Below, piece after piece: positions 9,497 to 18,293 of a stretch of DNA of 55,355 bases. The notes beneath the pieces were generated by a model. The model was not told the origin of the DNA. It did not search any database and was given only the letters and a program-made list of their open reading frames with translations. Each line of letters begins with the position of its first letter. Within the stretch, counting starts at the first letter, position 1. Both the position numbers and the translations under genes were made by a program. The stretch is from sequence record DRR723986_5248; one strand, written 5' to 3'.

Positions 9497-10859
9497 CTTT
9501 TCCATAAATGATCTTGAAGTTCAACTCAAACGATTTTGGGAGCTTTCTGGAGAAAAAATAAACTTGATAGAAACATCCTTTGACACTGCGAATGGAGCGC
9601 CTGTTTTCACAGAAAAAGGAAAATATGTCACAAGAGGCTGGACGGAATGGACTCAAGGGTTCCAGTACGGCTCGGCAATTCTCCAGTTTGATGCGACCGG
9701 CGAGGAGCAGTTTTTGAAAATCGGCAGAGATAATACCTTGAACAAAATGGCTCCCCACCTCACGCATACTGGTGTGCATGATCATGGTTTCAACAATGTG
9801 AGTACCTATGGAAATCTGCTTAGACTGATAAAAGAAGGTAAAATTGAAGGCGCTGATTGGGAGAAAAACTTCTACGAATTAGCCCTGAAAATTAGTGGAG
9901 CTGTGCAGGCCATGCGCTGGACACCTACGGTTGACGGAGGCTATATTTATTCATTCAATGGGCCACACTCTTTATTTGTGGACACCATTCGCTCATGCAG
10001 AGCTTTGGTCGTCTCACACGGTTTGGGGCATGTGCTACAAGGTGAAAATGACAAACGAATTTCACTGATCCAGCGAGCTATTCAGCATATTTTGAGCACA
10101 ATTCGATATTCGATTTACTACGGGAATGGCAGAGACACCTATGATGTTTCTGGTAGAACGGCGCATGAAATCATCTTCAACACCAACGATGGAAATTACC
10201 GTTGTCCAAATTCTCAGCAAGGCTACACAGGCTTCAGTACCTGGACTCGTGGCTTGGCTTGGGCTATTTGTGGAATTGGGGAAACGTTGGAAATTTTAGA
10301 TCAAATTGATGAAAGTGATTATGCTGAGATCATTTCTAAAAATGACTTGATCAAAGAACTAACTGAGGCCGCAAATGCCACAGCTGAATTTTACCTGGCA
10401 AATACTCCTACAGATGGAATTCCTTACTGGGATACCGGAGCTCCCAATTTGCATAAAATGGGAGATTACCTAAACGAGAAATCTGATCCTTTCAATGCGC
10501 ACGAACCTATAGATTCTTCTGCAGCTTCTATCACCGCTCAGGGATTGATCAGAATTGGGAATTGGCTGAAAAGCTCCGATCCTGAGCGATCAGAAAAGTA
10601 CATCAACGCTGGAATTCAGATAGCGGGTAATCTTTTCGCAGAGCCCTATCTATCAACTGATCCAACTCACCAAGGCTTGATCTTACACTCCATTTATCAT
10701 CAACCGAATGGCTGGGACTATAGACCAGACCCAACTAAAGCTCCTTACGGGGAGTCATGTATGTGGGGGGATTACCATGCCCGGGAGTTGGCTTTGCTTA
10801 TTCAGCGCATGCAAAAAGGAGAAAACTACTACAGCTACTTTAACTGCGTAAGCCAATGA
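9480..10859 (+). CDS. GH88-like (unsaturated glucuronyl hydrolase-like) glycoside hydrolase, cytoplasmic
   Basis: WTQGF, HDHGF, FVDT, QQGY..STWTRGLAW, PYWD, DSSAA, WGDY motifs; no signal peptide. Confidence 0.82.
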   Translation: MQLNPNFSINDLEVQLKRFWELSGEKINLIETSFDTANGAPVFTEKGKYVTRGWTEWTQGFQYGSAILQFDATGEEQFLKIGRDNTLNKMAPHLTHTGVHDHGFNNVSTYGNLLRLIKEGKIEGADWEKNFYELALKISGAVQAMRWTPTVDGGYIYSFNGPHSLFVDTIRSCRALVVSHGLGHVLQGENDKRISLIQRAIQHILSTIRYSIYYGNGRDTYDVSGRTAHEIIFNTNDGNYRCPNSQQGYTGFSTWTRGLAWAICGIGETLEILDQIDESDYAEIISKNDLIKELTEAANATAEFYLANTPTDGIPYWDTGAPNLHKMGDYLNEKSDPFNAHEPIDSSAASITAQGLIRIGNWLKSSDPERSEKYINAGIQIAGNLFAEPYLSTDPTHQGLILHSIYHQPNGWDYRPDPTKAPYGESCMWGDYHARELALLIQRMQKGENYYSYFNCVSQ

Positions 10860-12301
10860 GCACTGGAAAATACAAACCACAATACCCACGAGTTGCCCAG
10901 CTGAAAACAGCAGAAAACCTTCGTGACCATCTGAATAAAGAAGGTATCAACCTAGGTTTTGATGAAGAGTTAAAAACTGGAGAAAACTCACCTTTTGCAA
11001 GAGCACATACCACACGAGCCGGCAATAAGATTGGAAATGCGTTCTGCATTCTTCCAATGGAAGGTTGGGATGGGACTACGGACGGTAAACCTACCGAACT
11101 TACCAAAAGACGCTGGAAGAACTTTGCTATCAGCGGAGCCAAATTACTCTGGGGCTGCGAAGCTGTAGCAGTGCAGCCTTCTGGACGTGCCAATCCGAAT
11201 CAACTCATGATCAATGAGCAAAATCTCGGAGACTTTGATGAGTTATATCAAATGGTGGAAAGTGAGCACAAGGCAGCATTTGGAAGCACAGATGATTTAC
11301 TCACAGGCCTGCAACTCACACATTCAGGCAGGTTTTGCAAACCGAATAGCAAAACTCAGATGGAGCCGAAGATTCTATATTCGCATCCAGTGTTGAATAA
11401 GAAATTTGGTTTGGCGGATGATTACCCGCTTATGACTGATGGAGAAATATCCGAGCTGATCGATGCATATGTGATTGCAGCAGTTCGCGCACAAAAGACC
11501 GGATACAAGTTCGTGGACATCAAACATTGTCATGGCTATTTAGGACATGAATTCCTGAGTGCTTATGACCGTGAAGGAAAATATGGAAAGTCTTTAGAAA
11601 ACAGAACCCGTTTTATCCGGGAAATAACAGCGGGAATCAGAGCAGAAGCGCCAGGATTGGAAATTGGAGTCCGCATGAGCATTTTCGACTGGGTGCCATT
11701 TAAGCAAGGAACTGAAGGAACTGGAATTCCAGCTGCCGAAAGTCCTTATAATTATGCCTTCGGAGGAAATGAATCAGGCATAGGCGAGAATCTATCGGAG
11801 TCATTTGAGTTTTTGAAAGAATTGGAGAAGCTTGACATAGAATTGCTATGCACCACAGCAGGCAGTCCTTATTATAATCCTCACATTCAGCGCCCAGCAC
11901 TTTTCCCACCCTCAGATGGTTACATGCCGCCAGAAGATCCATTGCATGGAGTCGCTCGACAAATCGATGCTGTCGCAGGAGTAAAAAAAGCATTCCCTAA
12001 ATTCTACACCGTCGGATCTGCCTACTCTTACTTACAAGAATGGCTACCTAATGTGGCTCAAAACGTATTAGAAGCAGGAAAAGCAGATTCTATCGGATTA
12101 GGAAGAATGGTACTGAGTTATCCCGAATTGCCAGCAGATGTTCTGCAAGGAACACCAATGAAGCGGGCAAAAATCTGTCGTACCTTCTCGGATTGTACTA
12201 CGGCGCCAAGAAATGGAATGATCTCAGGATGCTTCCCACTGGATCCTTTTTACAAGAAAATGGAAATACACGAAACACTTAAAACTATCAAAGCATCATG
12301 A
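10856..12301 (+). CDS. NADH:flavin oxidoreductase (Old Yellow Enzyme-like TIM barrel)
   Basis: PMEG, QLTHSGR, KHCHGYLGHEFLS, ENRTRF, IGLGR motifs. Confidence 0.88.
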   Translation: MSTGKYKPQYPRVAQLKTAENLRDHLNKEGINLGFDEELKTGENSPFARAHTTRAGNKIGNAFCILPMEGWDGTTDGKPTELTKRRWKNFAISGAKLLWGCEAVAVQPSGRANPNQLMINEQNLGDFDELYQMVESEHKAAFGSTDDLLTGLQLTHSGRFCKPNSKTQMEPKILYSHPVLNKKFGLADDYPLMTDGEISELIDAYVIAAVRAQKTGYKFVDIKHCHGYLGHEFLSAYDREGKYGKSLENRTRFIREITAGIRAEAPGLEIGVRMSIFDWVPFKQGTEGTGIPAAESPYNYAFGGNESGIGENLSESFEFLKELEKLDIELLCTTAGSPYYNPHIQRPALFPPSDGYMPPEDPLHGVARQIDAVAGVKKAFPKFYTVGSAYSYLQEWLPNVAQNVLEAGKADSIGLGRMVLSYPELPADVLQGTPMKRAKICRTFSDCTTAPRNGMISGCFPLDPFYKKMEIHETLKTIKAS

Positions 12302-13068
12302 GCCGAGTAGCATTAGTTACTGGGGGATCCAGAGGGATTGGTTTGGGAATTGCTAAAAAACTCGCTGAGGAAGGCTTTAACCTGGCTATCAATGGAGTGC
12401 GTGAGGAGGCTAGTGTACGAGAAGCCTTGGAGGAATTGAAAGGATTTGGTGTACGGGTAGAATACCTACAAGGAAACATTGCTTCCGCAGAGGATCGTGA
12501 GGCTATTGTTTCAGGGATGATCGCTAAGTTTGGGAAAATCGACGTGCTTGTAAATAATGCGGGAGTTGCCCCGAGAACGAGATCCGATGTGTTCGATATT
12601 ACGGAAGACGATTTTGACCATTTAATGAACATCAATCAAAGAGGGACCTTTTTCCTAACCCAAGCTATCGCAAAGTGGATGTCAGAACTTAAGACTGCCA
12701 CTCCTGATTCCGAAATATCAATCATCAACGTGACCTCTATTTCTGCCACAGTAGCATCCAAGATCCGTGCATCTTATTGCATGTCCAAAGCTTCATTGGC
12801 TATGCTTTCCCAAGTCATGGCAGTGAAAATGGCTGAATTCGGAATCCCGGTTTATGAGATTCGCCCCGGAGTGATAGAGACAGATATGATAGAGAAGGTG
12901 CGGGAAAAGTATCATGAGGGAGTCAAAAATGGAATGACTTTAGAGCCTAGAATGGGTGTTCCAGAAGATATTGGAAAAGTGGTTGCTGCTTTGGTGAGAG
13001 GAGATCTTCCCTACTCCACAGGACAAGTGATTTGCGTGGATGGAGGAATGACTATCGCTAGGATGTAG
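12298..13068 (+). CDS. Short-chain dehydrogenase/reductase (FabG-like)
   Basis: TGGSRGIG, NNAG, YCMSK catalytic motif, VDGG. Confidence 0.92.
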   Translation: MSRVALVTGGSRGIGLGIAKKLAEEGFNLAINGVREEASVREALEELKGFGVRVEYLQGNIASAEDREAIVSGMIAKFGKIDVLVNNAGVAPRTRSDVFDITEDDFDHLMNINQRGTFFLTQAIAKWMSELKTATPDSEISIINVTSISATVASKIRASYCMSKASLAMLSQVMAVKMAEFGIPVYEIRPGVIETDMIEKVREKYHEGVKNGMTLEPRMGVPEDIGKVVAALVRGDLPYSTGQVICVDGGMTIARM

Positions 13069-13229
13069 CAGGAATTATATAGAATTAGTATTGAAGAGAG
13101 TTTATTGAATTTCTTTGCATTTCGGGTAGAAAGTCATTTTCCATCAGCAAGCGAAGATAACAGGAAATCGAAATTACCTCCTCTTTACTGTTTATTATAT
13201 TCTATATCGCTTCAGCTTATCGTAACTGA

Positions 13230-13265
13230 CGTAGATTTCTTCAAACTAAGTTGAAGGAATCTACG
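13230..13265. repeat. 15-bp inverted repeat (stem-loop) in intergenic region
   Basis: CGTAGATTTCTTCAA-ACTAAG-TTGAAGGAATCTACG, one G-U pair; no U tract. Confidence 0.7.
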
Positions 13266-13572
13266 GTTCAAAAGAATTTCATTTTGTAGTTATTATGATG
13301 GCTATTCATGCAATTTCTTATCCCCTGCTTGTATAGTCTGTCATTCGCAGACCCAAGCATTAAATATTCTTCCGGAGTAGAAAGAGCAAAACAAAACCGC
13401 TGTACTGAGCTGAAATTCAATATTAATTCAAACGTCTAAGAAAATCAATTCTATAATTTTCAGTCCTCATTTAGTATAAAAACGTAATAAACCGCAAAAA
13501 AAATTGAACAATTGATATCAATTCACGTTGACTTTTAGTTAATTCGCTAACCACAGCTCATACTTAATAAGA

Positions 13573-13893
13573 TTGATTTTCAGCAAAGCCATATATAGCA
13601 TCATTGCCTTTGGGTTTTTAGTTATACTAACTTCCCTTTTGGTGGTGCCTTCTGTTATTGTGTCAGCTATAGATGAGGAAGTGGATATTTCTATGGTATA
13701 TTCTTTTGCAGAAGAAGAGACTAAAGAACATGAAGTCAAGGTATCTGCTAATCTGGACGATTATATTTTCTCAAGTACCTATTTAGACGAAAGAGCATTC
13801 TCTGAATTAATTATTATAAAATATAGCAATGTCGGCTATTTGACGGCCATACATCACGTTGGAATTATCGTTCCTCCCCCTGAGTTTTCCTGA
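13573..13893 (+). CDS. Small membrane-anchored protein ending in PPPE, possible leader of sulP-can operon
   Basis: TTG start, N-terminal hydrophobic helix, acidic middle, C-terminal HHVGIIVPPPEFS. Confidence 0.6.
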   Translation: MIFSKAIYSIIAFGFLVILTSLLVVPSVIVSAIDEEVDISMVYSFAEEETKEHEVKVSANLDDYIFSSTYLDERAFSELIIIKYSNVGYLTAIHHVGIIVPPPEFS

Positions 13894-13999
13894 TTTTTTC
13901 TTTCCCTATGACACCTATCCTGTCATTTGTGGATAATCTAATCGTATAGGTAATACACCTTTTTACTAGTGCAGGAATTTTAACTCATAATTTATTTAC

Positions 14000-15604
14000 A
14001 TGAAAAGTAATAATCTATTTGCGCATCTGAAATCAGATGTCGCATCAGGTTTAGTCGTATTTCTGGTAGCGCTACCGCTATGTTTGGGAATCGCATTGGC
14101 CTCTGGAGCCCCGTTATTTGCAGGAATTATTTCAGGAATCATTGGAGGTATCGTAGTCGGATTTCTAAGCCAATCCCACATAAGTGTCTCAGGACCTGCT
14201 GCGGGCCTAACAGCAATTGTTTTCGTCGCTATTACCGATCTTGGTTACGAAGCATTTTTAATAGCCGTTATTCTAGCCGGAGCTATGCAAATACTCCTAG
14301 GCTTTGTGAAAGCAGGAACCATATCTAATTACTTCCCTTCCAATGTAATTGAAGGCATGCTAGCAGGAATTGGTGTAATTATTCTAATTCAGCAAATCCC
14401 TCTAGCTTTAGGTTCAGACGTCGAAATCAGTTCTGGTTTCGGGCTGTTTGCAGACTTATTTACCGCGTTTCAGGAGATTCAACCTGGCATTTTGATTATC
14501 ACTGCAGCGTCTTTAACAGTACTTATAGTCTGGAACAAAGTTGCTGCTTTGAAGAAGCTAAAGCTTGTTCCAGGTGCACTAGTAGCCGTAGCTACTGGTA
14601 TCTTGATCAATGGGATATTCATAATGACAAATAGCTCATTGGTTGTCACCCCTGAATATTTGGTGAGCCTACCTGTACCAACCAGTTTTGAAGAATTCAA
14701 AGGCATTTTTACAACTCCATCTTATGATGCGATATTTAATCCAGTTGTATGGGTAGTTGCCTTTACCATAACTATAGTAGCATCGATTGAAACACTTTTA
14801 TGTATAGAGGCTACTGAAAGATTGGATCCATTAAAGCGATTTGTCAACACAAACGTGGAATTAAAAGCCCAGGGAATTGGTAATATGATCAGCGGAGTAT
14901 TAGGAGGGCTACCGATGACTTCGGTGGTGGTGAGGTCTTCTGCAAATTCAAACGCAGGAGCAAAAACCAAAATGTCCACTATAGTGCATGGTTTACTGCT
15001 ACTTATCTGTGTTCTCAGTATACCAACTATTCTGAATATGATACCAATGGCGACACTTGCTGCCATTTTATTAATGATAGGTTACAAATTGGCAAACCCA
15101 AGTACCGTCAAGCACTTTTGGCAGCGCGGGAAGTATCAATTTATACCTTTCATCATCACCTTATTAGCGGTCGTTTTCCTAGGTTTACTGAATGGCGTAG
15201 TATTGGGAATGTTTATGAGTATTGTATTCATACTTAGAGGGAATATTAAAAAAGCTTACTATTTCAGAACAGAAGAATACAAACATGGCGACGTAATCCA
15301 TGTGGATTTGGCTCAAGAGGTTTCATTTCTCAATAAAGCTGCAATCAAGCTTACCCTTAACAAATTACCTGACTACTCTAACGTAATTATTGATGCTTCT
15401 GACACCGTATATATCGCTCAAGATGTTTTGGATTTGATCAATGAATTTAAGACGATAAATGCCGAAGAAAAAGGCATAACCGTCGTACTTATAGGTTTCA
15501 AAAAAGCATATAGACTTGAAAATGACATTGAAACGAACAACAATGTCTACACGGAAAAGCGTGTTTTATCAGAAGATAAATACAGTGAATTGTTTCAAAA
15601 TTAA
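14000..15604 (+). CDS. SulP family anion (likely bicarbonate) transporter
   Basis: VALPLCLGIALASG, SGPAAGL, ASIETLL, VVRSSAN, STAS-like VSFLNK; adjacent to carbonic anhydrase. Confidence 0.92.
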   Translation: MKSNNLFAHLKSDVASGLVVFLVALPLCLGIALASGAPLFAGIISGIIGGIVVGFLSQSHISVSGPAAGLTAIVFVAITDLGYEAFLIAVILAGAMQILLGFVKAGTISNYFPSNVIEGMLAGIGVIILIQQIPLALGSDVEISSGFGLFADLFTAFQEIQPGILIITAASLTVLIVWNKVAALKKLKLVPGALVAVATGILINGIFIMTNSSLVVTPEYLVSLPVPTSFEEFKGIFTTPSYDAIFNPVVWVVAFTITIVASIETLLCIEATERLDPLKRFVNTNVELKAQGIGNMISGVLGGLPMTSVVVRSSANSNAGAKTKMSTIVHGLLLLICVLSIPTILNMIPMATLAAILLMIGYKLANPSTVKHFWQRGKYQFIPFIITLLAVVFLGLLNGVVLGMFMSIVFILRGNIKKAYYFRTEEYKHGDVIHVDLAQEVSFLNKAAIKLTLNKLPDYSNVIIDASDTVYIAQDVLDLINEFKTINAEEKGITVVLIGFKKAYRLENDIETNNNVYTEKRVLSEDKYSELFQN

Positions 15605-15635
15605 TCTTATCCCTCCACAACCTAACATTAAAAAA

Positions 15636-16286
15636 ATGAAAGTACATACAGCAGAAACTCAAGCTACAATTACTCCAGCAAAAGCTTTAGAAATATTAAA
15701 AGAAGGCAATCAGAGGTTTATAAATAATCTGAAAATAAATAGAAATCTCCTTGAGCAAGTGAATGAGACCAAAGACGGTCAATTTCCCTTTGCCGTAGTA
15801 TTGAGTTGTATTGATAGCAGAACCTCAGCAGAACTGATCTTTGACCAAGGACTAGGAGATATTTTTAGTATCAGGATTGCTGGGAACATTATAAACGATG
15901 ACATTTTGGGCAGCATGGAGTTTGCCTGTAAACTTGCCGGGTCAAAACTTATAGTAGTTCTTGGTCATAGCAAATGCGGGGCAATTAAAGGTGCATGCGC
16001 AGGAGTGAAAACTGGAAACTTAACGGGCTTACTGGAGAAGATTAATCCTGCTATTGATGAAGTTAAAAATGAAATGCCTGACATAGACCAAACTGATCCT
16101 GAATTTATCAATGCGGTGGAAAAACAAAATGTGATTTGCATGATGGACACCATTATCAAAGAAAGCCCCGTCTTAAAAGAATTATTCGAAAGTGGCGAAA
16201 TAGGAATGGTTGGTAGCTATTACGACGTGGAGACTGGTGAGGTGAGCTTCATGAAAGCCAAAATTGAAGAAGCAGTAACTCATTAA
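15636..16286 (+). CDS. Beta-class carbonic anhydrase
   Basis: CIDSR and HSKCGA zinc-ligand motifs, IRIAGN; start moved to ATG 15636. Confidence 0.93.
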   Translation: MKVHTAETQATITPAKALEILKEGNQRFINNLKINRNLLEQVNETKDGQFPFAVVLSCIDSRTSAELIFDQGLGDIFSIRIAGNIINDDILGSMEFACKLAGSKLIVVLGHSKCGAIKGACAGVKTGNLTGLLEKINPAIDEVKNEMPDIDQTDPEFINAVEKQNVICMMDTIIKESPVLKELFESGEIGMVGSYYDVETGEVSFMKAKIEEAVTH

Positions 16287-16293
16287 TTAATAC

Positions 16294-16367
16294 TATCCCA
16301 TTAAGTGTGTAAACGTTGAAAAGTTATTCATTAATTTTTCAGATTACTTTACACATTTAATGGGATA
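16294..16367. repeat. Long stem-loop after carbonic anhydrase (probable terminator/stabiliser)
   Basis: TATCCCATTAAGTGTGTAAA pairs with TTTACACATTTAATGGGATA (one G-U); inner TGAAAAGTTA/TAATTTTTCA stem. Confidence 0.7.
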
Positions 16368-16457
16368 CTACCTACAAACTCACAATTGCTTCAACCAGCT
16401 CCTTTTAGATCAGAACATCTCACAAAAGCTTCCTGACTATATCTTTTTGCATATTGG

Positions 16458-16884
16458 TTAACCCATAATCCCCATAAGCCAGTCATTCATCTGATCACCT
16501 TAGCATTGGTGAAAACGGGTAGGTAAATCCGAACTTCTCCTTCATCCAAATCATGATGCTCTTTTATCTCCGAACCTGGAGTTAATTTCATCAACCTCAC
16601 CGAACATTTTTCTGCTTTGAAGCTTTCCAAGACTGATTAAAAATAAGGACTGGATTCTAGGCTAGGAGTCGGTACAAAATCATAATCACCTGGAATAGCT
16701 ATCGCCATTAAGATAGGATGCGTCACTCCTACTCTAGCTGCGAGCGGAATCACTGACCAATTCCCTTGGTAATTTTATATTTCAAAATGGTTGATCCACA
16801 CCACTTCCATCAGTTTTTCACCTCTTCCTAAAGCAATTGACTGTCAAATTGAAATGGCAGTTGTATCCTATCTAGGTTAATCAT
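16458..16884 (-). pseudogene. Degraded aspartyl/asparaginyl beta-hydroxylase domain (Fe/2OG oxygenase) gene
   Basis: Manual translation MINLDRIQLPFQFD..*..WINHFEI*NYQGNWSVIPL..SPYF*..SVRLMKLTPGSEIKEHHD..EVRIYLPVFTN..NDWL; in-frame stops, frameshifts, internal deletion. Confidence 0.78.
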
Positions 16885-17023
16885 TCTAATACGTACCTTC
16901 CTTTAAGGCCTTCCAAAACTGAATGTATTGCAATGGTCGAGTTCTATTAAAACTAAAAATCATCGCATCCTTGCAAAGCCAATCCAATTTCCCGATTTTC
17001 TAGTTCTCAAACCTAACTAACCC

Positions 17024-18127
17024 ATGAAAACCCGATTCATTTTCTGTTTAATACTTTCAGTTTTTTTAAGTACTCATTCTTTTGCCCAGCAGAAACGCAC
17101 AAAAATTGGTGTGGCCGGTCTAACTCATGGGCATGTGGGCTGGATCCTGAATGCTAAAGATCGTACAGATTTAGAAATCGTCGGAATTGCTGAACCGAAT
17201 AGAGCGTTGGCAAAACGTCTAACTGAGCAGCATGGTATTTCCATGGATTTGGTTTTTGACACCATGGAAGAAATGCTTGAGAAGACGAAACCTGAAGCTG
17301 TAACGGCTTTCGGGAATATCTACGATCACTTAGCAGTAGTCGAGGCTTGCGCCCCAAGAGGTATCCATGTGATGGTAGAAAAGCCATTGGCGGTAAGCCT
17401 GGAACATGCTAAAAAGATGAAAGCTCTAGCTGAGAAACACAACATTCAGCTCATCACAAATTACGAGACGACTTGGTATCCTAGCACTTTCAAAGCTTAT
17501 GAAGTTCTTCAAAGTGGTGAGGTAGGTGACCTTCGGAAAATTGTAGTACGAGATGGACATAAAGGACCGAAAAAAATTGGTGTAAGCGAAGAATTCCTAG
17601 AATGGCTGACTGACCCGAAATTAAATGGCGGCGGTGCAATCATCGATTTTGGTTGCTATGGAGCAAATCTGGTGACTTGGTTGGAAAATGGGAAAAGGCC
17701 TAAATCTGTAACTGCCGTGACTCAACAGCTTCAGCCTGAAAACAATCCAAAAGTGGATGATGAGGCTACGATAATCCTGAATTATGAAGATTCCCAAGCT
17801 ACGATCCAGGCATCTTGGAACTGGCCAATTGGCAGAAAAGACATGGAAATCTATGGACTTACTGGCGCCATATATGCTGATAATCCAACTGATTTACGCG
17901 TACTAAATGCTGAAGGATATTCCGGATTTGAAGAAACTGAATACAAGCTAGAATATCAAAACACTCCTTTCGAAGATCCATTCACGCTGTTTCTAGCTGT
18001 GATCAATGGTGAACTTACGCTGGATGAATACGCCCTTCCTTCTTTGGAAAACAATATGATCGTTGTAGAAATTTTATCTACAGCCGTGGAAAGCGCGAAG
18101 ACTGGGAAGACGGTTTACTTGAAGTAG
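17024..18127 (+). CDS. Gfo/Idh/MocA family oxidoreductase, secreted
   Basis: Signal peptide; VMVEKPLA, GGGAIIDFGCYG motifs. Confidence 0.92.
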   Translation: MKTRFIFCLILSVFLSTHSFAQQKRTKIGVAGLTHGHVGWILNAKDRTDLEIVGIAEPNRALAKRLTEQHGISMDLVFDTMEEMLEKTKPEAVTAFGNIYDHLAVVEACAPRGIHVMVEKPLAVSLEHAKKMKALAEKHNIQLITNYETTWYPSTFKAYEVLQSGEVGDLRKIVVRDGHKGPKKIGVSEEFLEWLTDPKLNGGGAIIDFGCYGANLVTWLENGKRPKSVTAVTQQLQPENNPKVDDEATIILNYEDSQATIQASWNWPIGRKDMEIYGLTGAIYADNPTDLRVLNAEGYSGFEETEYKLEYQNTPFEDPFTLFLAVINGELTLDEYALPSLENNMIVVEILSTAVESAKTGKTVYLK

Positions 18128-18170
18128 GAAACTGGAGTCCGGAAGCTTCAGCCCACCCTTTTGAACAAAT

Positions 18171-18199
18171 AAAAAAGCCGTTCGTGAGACACGAACGGC
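18171..18199 (-). terminator. Rho-independent terminator for DUF1080 gene
   Basis: A6 then GCCGTTCGTG-AGA-CACGAACGGC perfect 10-bp stem (U tract on minus strand). Confidence 0.8.
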
Positions 18200-18223
18200 G
18201 GCAAATAGTTAGTAACTCTTTAA

Positions 18224-18293
18224 TTCTTGATTCTAGAATCTTGGTTCTCCAATTTGAAACCTTGCTACTTATGTCTTGATACTAGATACTTCT
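18224..18293. repeat. Degenerate 7-bp periodic array
   Basis: ttcttga ttctaga atcttgg ttctcca atttgaa accttgc tacttat gtcttga tactaga tacttct. Confidence 0.65.

Noticed and set aside
13290-13400. Minus-strand peptide STPEEYLMLGSAND faintly resembling a REP-associated transposase C-terminus
   Set aside because: It is too short, with no HUH or other upstream motif, and cannot be supported by eye.
15516-15636. Carbonic anhydrase frame is open 120 nt upstream, overlapping the sulP end (possible SulP-CA fusion by frameshift)
   Set aside because: There is a good ATG at 15636 after an A-rich Bacteroidota-type initiation region, the extension does not look protein-like, and separate sulP and CA genes are a common arrangement.
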